Made by a program: the position numbers and the translations under genes. From Marsupella aquatica (Eukaryota; Plantae; Marchantiophyta), in contig OZ316897.1 of the NCBI GenBank assembly GCA_973895155.1, forward strand, positions 17,642,457 through 17,706,456: a DNA stretch of 64,000 nt, given 5' to 3'. This document shows, one piece after another, positions 1-10,773 of this stretch (the first letter of the stretch is position 1; every line of letters starts with the position of its first letter). The notes below the pieces were generated by a model. It made no database searches, was not told the DNA's origin, and saw only the letters and a program-made list of their open reading frames with translations.

Positions 1-945
1 GTACAAACTTGAACTCCCAGTGCAAAGTGCAAGACGTGGCTGCATTGGATCCCATGCTGCTGCACGAATTGGCTTCTTTTGTGTGAGAATGGCAGCCAAC
101 TCCAGGTGAGCAACATCCCAAATCCAGAGAGCATTTGCCATGTTATCATTACGTGTAAGGATGAAACAACTGTCTGGGCTCCAGGAAAGCTAAGTAAACC
201 TGATTTTACAAAGATCCAATACAACATTTCAAGACTTAGAATAAGCATCGTAACAATAATCAGCTCAGGAAACTATGGAGAAGCTTAACAAAACATGTCA
301 TGCGACTACAGTAATCTTGCTTCCACCCACATTGAGAATGTTAACTAAGAATCCCAACAGGTGAGCAAATGAGAACATGTGAGAGGAATGCAAAGCTTAC
401 CAACGCCTTGCTTTGGGATTGGGCTTTTTCTACCCACATTGAGAATGTTAACTAGGAATCCCAACAGGTGAGCAAATGAGAACATGTGAGAGTGTTGCAA
501 AGCTTACCAACGCCTTGCTTTGGGATTGGGCTTCTTCTACCCAAATTGAGAATGTTAACTAAGAATCCCAACTGGTGAGCAAATGAGAACATGTGAGAGG
601 AATGCAAAGCTTACCAACGCCTTGCTTTGAGATTGGGCTTATTGGGGTGGGGCTTTTCAGATTTCATTGTCACTGAGAGGTCAAGGACCTCATAATGTGT
701 TCTGGCTGGTTCTTCAGTTTGTTTTTCAGTGTCCTTGGACCCTATGGAGCGAAGTCGTATTCATTAAAATGTGAGCTATTTGCTCTCAAAGCTACGTCTA
801 ATCACTGTGTAATATTTCAGAAAAACAAAGAAAACCCCATCAGGAAACCCTGAAAACGTACCTGTCAAAAGAGATAGTTTTGCTAATTCAGTATGACTAG
901 GATAAGTAAAGCAAAATGAATAAAAACATTATCTCGGACCTAGAA
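1..945 (-). pseudogene. Partial duplicate of WRAP73/WDR8 (part of intron 4, exon 5, intron 5 and exon 6, running off the left edge), frameshifted
   Basis: Position 1 onward aligns with 6453 onward (roughly 90% identity by eye); similarity ends near 945 (atctcggacc), matching ~7135 in intron 4. There is a +1 nt indel near the end of exon 5 (ttgctttgag vs ttgcttggg) and a +5 nt indel at the start of exon 6 (ccaggaaagctaagtaaacc vs ccaggaaagtaaacc). The spliced frame hits TAG. Exons 1-4 are absent. Confidence 0.88.
320..640. repeat. Tandem triplication of a 107-bp unit spanning the exon 5 donor of the WRAP73 pseudocopy
   Basis: attgagaatgttaact...aagcttaccaacgccttgctt recurs with period 107 (units near 329, 436, 543). 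It is single-copy in the intact gene at ~6735-6835. Confidence 0.9.
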
Positions 946-1242
946 ATGGACAAACAAATAACATTCCGGTAAATAGGTAGAGAGAAGTGGAAGGAAATTA
1001 TCATTTAATCAAATTAAGAAACGCGAAAAGCACTGTTCCCTAAAATAGTGAATTTTTAAATTGAGGTTCAATCAGGTCACTTTGGTATTAATTGGAGGAA
1101 GCACACAACTCAAAATAAATTAAAGATGTGTGAATGCATCTAACTCAAATAGATATAAAGTAGTGGTTTTAGGGGAATACTTACAGATTTTCGTAAAAAA
1201 TTGATAAGGGTTTGAAAATCAATTTGTTTGGCATTGCAGTCT

Positions 1243-1308
1243 AAAGCCCGGATGGAGCATTCCAAGGAAAGCCCGGATGGAGCATTCCAAGGAAAGCCCG
1301 GATGGAGC
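1243..1308. repeat. 25-bp tandem repeat, ~2.6 copies
   Basis: aaagcccggatggagcattccaagg repeated directly. Confidence 0.85.
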
Positions 1309-3342
1309 CCATGATCCCCATGAACTGCATAAAGCAATCGACTGCTTTACATGAATGAAAAAGAAAAAGGAACCTGCGGACCTACTTGACTACCTTTCGG
1401 AGAAAATAGTAAAGACTTCAAAACATGTTTTCTTAAAAAGGACTTTGTTGAGTGTAATGTTAAATATATGGCTTAGCTAGCAGTGTTGCTTGGAGAAGAA
1501 TGGAGCTTCTTTGTCTTGACGTTCCAATCTTAATTCAATTGAAGGCAAGCAAAATGCATCAATGAGATGACAAGCCTGATCAAAGACATTTGCCCCACTC
1601 CATTGGTCATTGTCATGGATTTGAGGCTGCCGCTGGAGTTAATTGTCAAGTAGTCACCATTGTCAAGTCGTCATGAACTTACGTAGCACACTTTAAAAAT
1701 GTGCATGACGTCTAGACAACTTACTTTACAGGGACATGAAAGTCGTCGACTATTGGGGACATAAAGCTTTGGGTTGATTTATCTGAAATTAACCCATTGA
1801 GAATTTGAATGAACTACATGATCTGTACCACCGAATCAATAGTAATCCCAGCAGGGGTACAACGATCAATTGCGTCACGATACTGTGCACCAAAAGTCTC
1901 CATATCTTGTACTTCAGATTCACGAACCGAGCCCAGTTGTCATGTTTGGAGACAAGAAATTGCCATGATTCATATTTTGAACCACCTTCAAGCTTGGAGA
2001 TTAAATGACTCGTACATAATTGTGAGCAGATGAAAAAGAAACTTGTAAAACGAAATCTGTCAGAAGAAAAGAAGAACAAACTCTAGAGTCAAAAGAAGAG
2101 AACTCAAGACTTCAATTGAAGAGTAGTATACTCCACAAATGTATCGACAAAGAGTTCTACATTCGAATGATTAGCTAGGCTTCTGAAATTCTAGACCGAT
2201 AATACAAAGATTACAACGATGAATTCTAACCGAAAGAACTACGTGTTTTGGCCAATTCCCTGTCAACCATGCAAGCTAAAGCACAAATGAGCACGAGATG
2301 TGCATGAACAAAGAGATAGCTGGCGTGTACACACGAATAGATTCAGATAGAATGAATAATGATTTCTGCTTGCTTGATTCACTGCTCAGTATTGAGCATT
2401 ATACAACCCGATGCGCTGCAAACCCGTTCAGAATACAGGGTGGCGCATGGTGAGAAAACATTTCAAACAAAGGAGGCGCGTCTGTGCGGCACTCACTCTA
2501 CAGGGGAAAGCACAATCAGCAAAAACACGTCGACGTACATCCCGCTCACTAAATACACTTGTGTGTCTATCAGTGGTTCAAATTGGACGGTGAAGATCTA
2601 TTCAATTCAGATGATCAGATTTAGAGAAGCGCGCGGACAAAATGTGGCCGATTGACACTGATAGATCTCACTTTAATCTCAATTTTTTCCTGGCATAGTC
2701 TCTGATGTCCAATCTATTGTCCGACAAAGTTTGAAACATTTGAGATCATTTGATACACTGACTTCTGATTCACACAAAGCTAGTTGGTCAAATATTCTAA
2801 ACCATGATTTCACTTTACATTTGAAAATTTTCATGTGGATCAACTAGAAACAGGTGCTCTTGACTAATGGCATGAAGTATTGATGCCTTTCAAGTCCAAG
2901 ATACTCAAGTGGTCAAGCCCTCAATTACAGAAGAGTCCTATCTGGTAATGCAACTAAAACAGGCTACAACAGTTTACAAGTCACAGTTTAGTCAAAAGTA
3001 TAAAAAAAAATCTATCTCAATCAATTTAAAATTGAGATTTTACAAATCAGTCCATCGTATGTTTACCAGATGAACTCCCATCATCAGATGGAATTCAACA
3101 GACAGTAACAAAACTGAAGGAAATACTAAATTAAAGCTCCACGTATGGCCCCATGCATCTTAGACCCAGATGGAAGCAGTCCGTGGGCTTTGATTCATCT
3201 CAAATATATGCATGAGGGAAACAATAGCTGTCTTAATATCTCCCAATACCCAACTCATATCCATCATAGTCTCTAAGCCCTCCATGCAAATCTTGCCCCA
3301 ATTCCGAAGCTCAGTGGACCACACAATGCCATTGGAATCTTG

Positions 3343-4884
3343 CTACAACAAGCTCAACGTCCACAAGGATTCTGGATTGTTTAGAAACAACGATGTCTCT
3401 TCCTGGTCCACCATAGTAGCAATAGGAGCTGCTGGGCAATAGGAGCTATTGCGTGAGGAAGTGCGAGTCCTTTCACGTTTTGCCGCGACAGTACCAATAG
3501 GAGCTGCTGGGCAATTGAAGGAGCTGCTTGATGAACGGGGAGTAATTTCAGGTTTTGCCGCCACAGTACCAGTAGGAGCTGCCGGGCAATAGGAGCTGCT
3601 GCTTGAGGAAGAGGGAGTCCTTTCAGATTTTTCCGCCCCAGTCCCAAGAGGAGTTGCTGGGCAATAGGAGCTGCTGCGTGAGGAAGAGCGAGTTCTTGAA
3701 TCTTTTGCCGACATACTACCTCTAGGAGCTGCTGGACAATAAGAGCTGCTGCGTGAGGAAGAGCGAGCCCTTTCAGGTTCTGCTAACACAGTACCAGCAG
3801 GAGCTGCGGGGCAATAGGAGCTGCTGCTTGAGGAAGTGCGAGTCCTTTCAGGTTCTGCCGTCACAATACCAGTAGGAGTTTCTGGGCAATAGGAGCTGCC
3901 GCCTGATGAAGAGCGAGTCCTTGCACGTTTCGCCGCCATAGTACCAATAGGAGCTGCTGGGCGATTGGAGCTGCTGCGTGAGGAAGAGCGAGTCCTTTCA
4001 CGTTTTGCCACCACAGTACCAATAGGAGATGCTGGGCGATTGGAGCTGCTGCTTGAGGAAGAACGAGTCCTTTCAGGGTCTTCCACCACAGTAGATATAG
4101 GAGCTGCTGGGCAATAGGAGCTGCTGCTTGAGGAAGAGTGAGTCCTTCCACCTCTTGCCGCCATAGTACCACTAGGAGCTGCTGGGCAGTAGGAGCTACT
4201 GCGTGAGCAAGAGTGAGTCCTTCCACGTCTTGCCGCCATATTCCCACTAGGAGCTTCTGGGCAATAGGAGCTGCTGCGTGAGGAAGAGCGAGTCCTTGAA
4301 AGATAGCTGCTGCCAGAACAACTCTCCACATAGCTCTGGAGATATCTGTCAGATTTTCTGTCATTACTCTTGCTAGTATCAGAGAGGTACCCATCCTTAG
4401 ACGAGGAGCAGACCGCAAACAGATGATTCCCCTTCCGTCTCTTAGGAGCATTCGTCATTTTCTGAGTGGTCTCGTCGTCACTGCTCAAGTAAGTGGCAGA
4501 ATAATCTGCTTCGAAGCTGGAGAAGGAGTTCTCATCCGTGGAGGAGTAGGACAAGTATTCCGTGTCCACTCTTTCAACCGTGGGGGACTGTGGCGAACAG
4601 TCCATGACAGATCTGGAGTAGGAGGTGCTATCGGAGTTGTTAAATGTGCAGTAGAGGCTCTCATCTGTGGAACTGTAGTCCGACCTGGAAATGACATAGG
4701 TGTCTGAAAACTGATCTGCACTGCTCCCAGGAGTCATGTAACTGTCCAAATCTGAGCCGAAAATGGACTCAGGGCTGGCGTAACTCTCCAAATCGCAAGA
4801 ATCGGTGTCATTGGAAGAGCCACTTGTAGGTTCAGGGCCACCTTTGTCACAAGTGCTGGAGGAGAATCGGCGCTGACCATCCAT
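3343..4884 (-). CDS. Intronless Ser-rich, probably disordered protein of unknown family (paralog A, ~513 aa from first ATG) with PKRRK NLS-like motif and 12 x 25-aa repeats
   Basis: 531-codon open frame (first ATG 4884). The frame is preserved through 12 diverged 75-bp units. Scaffold, upstream region and 3' flank are homologous to ORF 39707-41230. Confidence 0.7.
   Translation of the reverse strand: MDGQRRFSSSTCDKGGPEPTSGSSNDTDSCDLESYASPESIFGSDLDSYMTPGSSADQFSDTYVISRSDYSSTDESLYCTFNNSDSTSYSRSVMDCSPQSPTVERVDTEYLSYSSTDENSFSSFEADYSATYLSSDDETTQKMTNAPKRRKGNHLFAVCSSSKDGYLSDTSKSNDRKSDRYLQSYVESCSGSSYLSRTRSSSRSSSYCPEAPSGNMAARRGRTHSCSRSSSYCPAAPSGTMAARGGRTHSSSSSSSYCPAAPISTVVEDPERTRSSSSSSSNRPASPIGTVVAKRERTRSSSRSSSNRPAAPIGTMAAKRARTRSSSGGSSYCPETPTGIVTAEPERTRTSSSSSSYCPAAPAGTVLAEPERARSSSRSSSYCPAAPRGSMSAKDSRTRSSSRSSSYCPATPLGTGAEKSERTPSSSSSSSYCPAAPTGTVAAKPEITPRSSSSSFNCPAAPIGTVAAKRERTRTSSRNSSYCPAAPIATMVDQEETSLFLNNPESLWTLSLL
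3397..4296 (-). repeat. Coding minisatellite, 12 x 75 bp (consensus RTRSSSRSSSYCPAAPxGTVAAxxE)
   Basis: aataggagctgctggg recurs at 75-bp period (e.g. 3421, 3496); 12 units counted in translation. Confidence 0.93.
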
Positions 4885-5893
4885 GGTGAGATCGGAGGAA
4901 GGAGAAGCTAAAAGACGCAGTAGGATGTACTCGGGCACGAAAGCAAAATCAACACGAGACAGGGATGTCAGAATGAATGAACTTGAGGGTGGAAGTTTGT
5001 CCTTAAATGGTGCCTATAGAAAGAACTAGATCATCAGTCACTTCAAAGTTCAACCCCAAGCTGAGAGGAAAGTTCAGGTACGTCGTTACATTAATTACAA
5101 CAACAACAAAACCTACACACGTCCCTCGTCAGTAAAATCCAGTTTTTATCAGTTTGAACAGACTACTGACCATGTTATTTTTTAGGGCGTAGTCAATTGG
5201 CAGTTCCAACCGGAAATTGTGGACTTAGGGTGTTAGGGACAAGGCCGACAACTTATGATTTTCTTCGTTTGAATTCTTTGCAAATGGACAGACTCCCTTG
5301 TTGGTAAAACTGCCACTTAGGCACCCTTTCCCCTAGCAGGCTAACACTAAAGTGGGGGAACGCCCAAAGTGTGTAAATGAGACATCATCCCACATTAAAT
5401 AATAGGGAATTTTCCCGACTGTTTTTAACAAGTGTAAATATTCCTGGAGAAACAACTAATGAAATATTATCATTTTACTAAGATTTAGGCTTTGATTTCA
5501 TTTTGTGTGCAATTTGTCCACCATCCCAACTGTTTTTACTCTTGGTATTCGAGGTTCTTTGCAAATTGTCGCTCGATACTCGTTCTCGTTATAACTTGCT
5601 TTTCTCCCGTTGCACTCGTCAAGAGCGCGCGTTCTAATGCTACCTGGTCTGTCACGTCATTTCACAAGCCCGACAATCATGGTACTCGCGCGAGGAGACC
5701 AAATCACGAAGGGGTAACTCCTGAACACTGTCCTTGAATCCTCCCTCATTTTGTAAATATGTTAAATATGGCGCTCCCTACAGACCTCGTATTCGTACCT
5801 GTTCGTGCGATCTCCGTCAAGAGCGAGCCCTGGCCCTATGTAGTCAGTGTGTCTTCGAAATTCAATATGCCATCTTATCATATTCACAGTACC

Positions 5894-5976
5894 AGCTCAA
5901 TTTAGAATTATAAATTGCCTTCAAGGTAGAATAAGCTCAATTTAGAATTATAAATTGCCTTCAAGGTAGAATAAGC
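5894..5976. repeat. Perfect 40-bp tandem duplication downstream of WRAP73
   Basis: agctcaatttagaattataaattgccttcaaggtagaata x2. Confidence 0.9.
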
Positions 5977-6282
5977 GCCGACCCTCAAAAGCTAATGACA
6001 CCAAAACAATGAGGGATGGTTATTTGCCGTCAAGAATTGGCACCGGCCCTCAAAAGGTGATGATACCAAAACCATGGGGGTTGGTTATTTCGTTCAGCGC
6101 AACTTTCTTTTTTCTGAAGAATCAGTGCTTGGTAAGCCTTTCTGTCCTTTCTTACTTCATAACCTTTGCAATAAGCTCAGGCAGAACGCTATTATCAGGG
6201 CTTGTGACGAGTTTCATTATCTGCAACCCAACTGAAATGACATGATCGTGTCTAACTCAATAAATTATCATACAAGGTAACA

Positions 6283-9200
6283 TCATTGGCTGCCAGCAGC
6301 CTCAAAATCATCGATGGGAGGCACAAATGTGCAGCAAAAGGATTCCTTGTCTTTGAGAACCAACGAAGTTCCATCCGGATTCCACTTCAAGTCATTGGCA
6401 GCAAACTTAGGGAGTGGTATATTCACACAACAGGCCCCGGCTGGTGTCCACATGTACAAACTTGAACTCCCAGTGCAAAGTGCAAGACGTGTCTGCATTG
6501 GATCCCATGCTGCTGCACGAATTGGCTCCTTTTGTATGAGAATGGCCGCCAACTCCAGGTGAGCAACATCCCAAATCCAGAGAGCATTTGCCATGTTATC
6601 ATTACGTGTAAGGATGAAACAACTGTCTGGACTCCAGGAAAGTAAACCTGATTATACGAAGATCCGATACAACATTTCAAGACTTAGAATAAGCATCGTA
6701 ACAATAATCAGCTCAATAAGTAATCTTGCTTCTACTCGCATTGAGAATGTTAACTAAGAATCCCAACAGGTGAGCAAATGAGAACATGTGAGAGGAATGC
6801 AAAGCTTACCAATGCCTTGCTTGGGATTGGGCTTATCGGGGTGGGGCTTTTCAGATTTCATTGTCACTGGGAAGTCAACGACCTCATAATGTGTTCTGCT
6901 TGGTCCTTCAATTGGTTTTTCAGTGTCCTTGGACCCTATGGTGTACAGCCAAGTCGCATTCATTAATATGTAAGCTATTAGCTCTCAAAACTACCTCTGA
7001 TCAGTGTGTAATATTTCAAAAAACAAAGAAATCCCCATCAGGAAACCCCTGAAAATCTGTCCAAGCAGTAGTTTTGCACATTCAGTATGACGAGTATAAG
7101 TAAAGCAAAATGAATAAGATAATTATCTCGGACCTACAATTGTCGAGGGTGTTCACGTTCTTGGCAGCAAGCGACATTTTCAAGGAGCAAGAAAATTTGA
7201 GAATTACTCCACACCCAGCTTGATAGATTTAGAAGGCTAATATTGCAGCTATCTAACTGAATAGAACTCTGCAGCATGCCAGTTTCGTACCGGAACGGTC
7301 CACTTTAGCTCCCGGGCTATCTTCCGGACGTTTCCCATTGATTCGGAGCTTGGCCATGTCCAAGTGTATGGGCTCTGCAATCTCCTGTGATAATATGACT
7401 AAGGTGTAAGAACAAAAGCGCATTGGCGATAAGAGTCGATTTACTTCAGATCAAGGATCTCGCCTTGCAGTATGTCCTGAGCCGAATCAAACTTTAGATA
7501 AACAGCCAGGAATTTTTAATAACCTTACAAGAATTGGTGCACTATACCTTGAAGACCACCGCATTGTACGGGCCCTTCACCACTGTTTGGTGAGTGAACT
7601 CTGCTACAGGCCTCCCAGTCAGGTGATTCAGAGCACGTAGGCTTTGGTCGTAGCTACCCACCCCTAAGAATTGTCCACAGGGCGACCAGGACACCGTCTT
7701 TATCCCGAGGGCATTATCGTAGGCTGAATACTTGAAAAGGCACCGTCCATCTGGAGAATAGATCAGCACCTGTGAACTGACGTGGAACAGCATGAGCAAG
7801 GGAAAAAGCATAACAGAGGAAAAAACTACCAACACTGAGCAAATGTGGCAAAGCATCCACAACAAACGATATAAACGGAAATCAGGACTTGTCTGGTACT
7901 TTTGCCCCTGGATAAATCCATCTCACTAAATGCTTGGAAGTCTTGGCTGCAATGTAGTGCCCAAAATACGAGCTACATCGTAACGATTCTCCATCTACAT
8001 TATAAGTCGTGGAGTAGAATTCTGAAATTTGAGGAGAAGCTATTAGAAGGTAGGACTCTCCTCAAATTTCTCCTCAAAGCCTCAGAACATCTTCAGTAAT
8101 AACACGTCACCATCAATTAATTGTCATACAAAGAGAAAATCCACTATAGTCGGTGAGCCAGTCACCTTGTAATCAAGAGGGCTGTCCCATACAGCGATGG
8201 TGCTATCTTTGGGAGACCACTCCACATCCACCAGGTCAACGGTCTCCGTTTCGAATGTCCCCAGGGCTTCCCACGAGTGGCATGAAAGCAGGTTCAGATA
8301 GTCTTTGCAATCTCTGCGAGTGGCGATTGCAGCATATTTGCCATCTGGAGTGAAAGAACAGCCCCGAGATGCATGCTTCGGCCATTGGATATGAAAACAA
8401 GCTTTGCTGACCAACGACCAGACAGTCAGACGAAGAAGAAACTCCGAAGTAGTGAGTATGTGACGGCTGTCTGGGCTCCACCTAGCATAAGTCAACCCTG
8501 CAGCTCCTTCGTCAATCTTGCAGGTCCAATCTGGATCTGAGACGGACCACGCTTGCACAATGCCCTTCTTGTAAAGGGCACAGAGCAAGTACTCCGAGTC
8601 GGAAGCCCACTCCACATGACTAATTTTATCTAAGCAGGAATAGAGTTGTAACACCTGCACTCAATAAATCGAAGGTCAGTGTCCCTCCAATCCGCCTCGA
8701 GTCCTTAGATTCAGCGAGATTATTCACAAATTCAATCCTGGTGACTTTGAAATGTAGAGTCTTCAAACTTTCAGGAGTGGGCGGTGGGCTTCAGATTTTT
8801 TGCGCTCTGAGATATCTCCTATCCAGTCCTTCGAATGTCATCTTTCACTCCACCAACCAATTGATGCTGCATGGTGGTATGAATACTAGCTGTAGCGACG
8901 GTTGATGAGACCTCTCCTGAGTCAGCCAACTACATTTCTGAAGCTGAACAATTTAGTTTCGAAATTAGGAGACACGTTACAGATCCAGGTGGGCAGGTAG
9001 GCCAAATAGAAGACCCAAAATGCTCTCAACCGTCATTCTCTGTTCTACTGTGTAAATTATATTATTCTTCTACACTACACACGAATTATGTAACCACCAT
9101 CCTGCCCACGCAATGAAGCTCTCCGGCACAGTAAACCGTCACCACATCAAAGGCAGTGACTGTGGAGGCAGGGAAAGCTGCCAGCACATCACAAAATGCG

Positions 9201-9423
9201 CAGAGTCGAGACATTTTACCCGAGGCGGTGAGTTGAGACTCTTCGCAATGGTTATGGGTTGTGTGCGTATCAACACGATTAGCAACGGGATTGAGAAATA
9301 GCTGACCTTCAGAGAGAGAACGTCACGGATGACGAGACGGTAGTCGACGGCTACAGCTAGAAACCTTGCATCAGGCGAGAAGTAGCAAGGCCCACTGTGC
9401 TTGTACGTATCACTGAATTCCAT
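6283..9423 (-). CDS. WRAP73: WD40-repeat protein WRAP73/WDR8, ~470 aa; exons 9423-9307, 8654-8166, 7769-7548, 7384-7291, 6935-6810, 6647-6283
   Basis: All introns are GT-AG and phase-consistent. Recognisable sequence: [95 protein letters not shown]. Confidence 0.93.
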
Positions 9424-10522
9424 TGCCTCCCTACGGCTCCGAGAAACCTAACCCAGACGCTACGCTGATGCTCCAAATGCAGAGTCCAAGGTTCCCCAAC
9501 GCAGCCGGCTCCATCAATCAATTGGGGGGCGCAAGACTGAACGCAAACACGAGTCCAGCACAGCCGTCCCTTTACCAATCGAAATACGAAAACTCAAGGC
9601 CCGTCCTCACGCCCTCCACAAAACGCCATCTCGAACCAATCCCGTCATCTCGCTAGTCTAGAGATTCTCGAATGCGCTCACAGAGTGCTCGCCAGAGCAG
9701 CAGTGTCGAGGGACGAGCCCGTGATTTTACAATGTAGCATACGGGACTCCAATGCAGCCTTCAGAGGACAAGGAAAACCAATGCCGAGCTGAGCAGAGCC
9801 GAGGAGCGGAGAGAAGAGACGAGAAGATAAGGGGAGAGGAGGGGAGACACAAATGCGGAGATCGAGAGAGGAGCGCCACTCCAATCTCGTGCCCACCTGC
9901 AGCCTCCGACGATAATCATTCAAACGCAGCTAAGTGAGCCGCTCATTCTCCAGGAGATCGAGGGAGTACAAAACAGGAAACGAAGACCAATTTGCTCCCC
10001 ATCCGAGGCTACCTTCTTCTTGCGGTGTCCCAATCCTGCTCGACCACTTTCACAATCATTCAAAGCAGCTGAGGGATCCCTTTTGTCAGAAGAGAACGGA
10101 GAGATTACACGAGACGAGGCAGACGGCTAGCTTCACAGGTAGATCGACCATCTCAGCGAAACAGAGAGAGAGTGAGAGAGAGAGAGCAAGAAGGAGCGAA
10201 CTGGCGGGAAAAGGAGGAGGCCGACGAGAAAGCCAAAACAGGGGACAAAGGCTTCGATATGAGCGAAACCATCCAGATCGTGTCTGTGACGGTGGCAAAC
10301 CGGTCATGGACGGTCTTTGACAGAACGACACTGTCCTAGACCGTCCTACTTCTTTCTGCCAATAGGAGTCGCGACGGGCCGACTTCGTTTTTACTTACTG
10401 TCCCGCATCGAGTAGATTCTGAACCTTTAGATCTGAGCCGTCCGTTCCAATTTGGAAGGTCGGGCGGGATTCGCTGAAGTCATTCAGCTGGCTTTGCTCA
10501 CGTTTGAATTGCCCCTCAACGG

Positions 10523-10773
10523 TGGTCTATGTTTTTTTTTGCTTTGAAGCCCAGAGGAGACCCATCCAAGAGATATCGACAATCTAATTTGGAGCATGCT
10601 GGGTGGATGGTCTATGTTTCTTTTTGCTTTGAAGCCTAGAGGAGACCCATCCAAGAGATATCAACATCTAATTTGGAGCATGCAGGGTGGATGGTCTATG
10701 TTTTTTTTGCTTTGAAGCCTAGAGGAGACCCATCCAAGAGATATCAAGGATCGAATTTGGAGCATGCAGGGTG
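10523..10773. repeat. ~85-bp tandem repeat, 3 copies
   Basis: ggtctatg-T(n)-gctttgaagcc..gaggagacccatccaagagatatc...tttggagcatgc.gggtgg at ~10523, 10609 and 10693. Confidence 0.9.

Noticed and set aside
185-630. +1 and +5 indels in the WRAP73 copy sum to 6 nt and could restore the frame
   Set aside because: The spliced sequence reads TGG TTT ACT TAG between the indels, and exons 1-4 are missing, so no rescued protein is expected.
9678-10331. GC/GA-rich ORFs upstream of WRAP73 (similar ones at 28948-29416 and 54860-56246)
   Set aside because: Compositional artefacts of promoter and 5' UTR regions, with no domain signatures.
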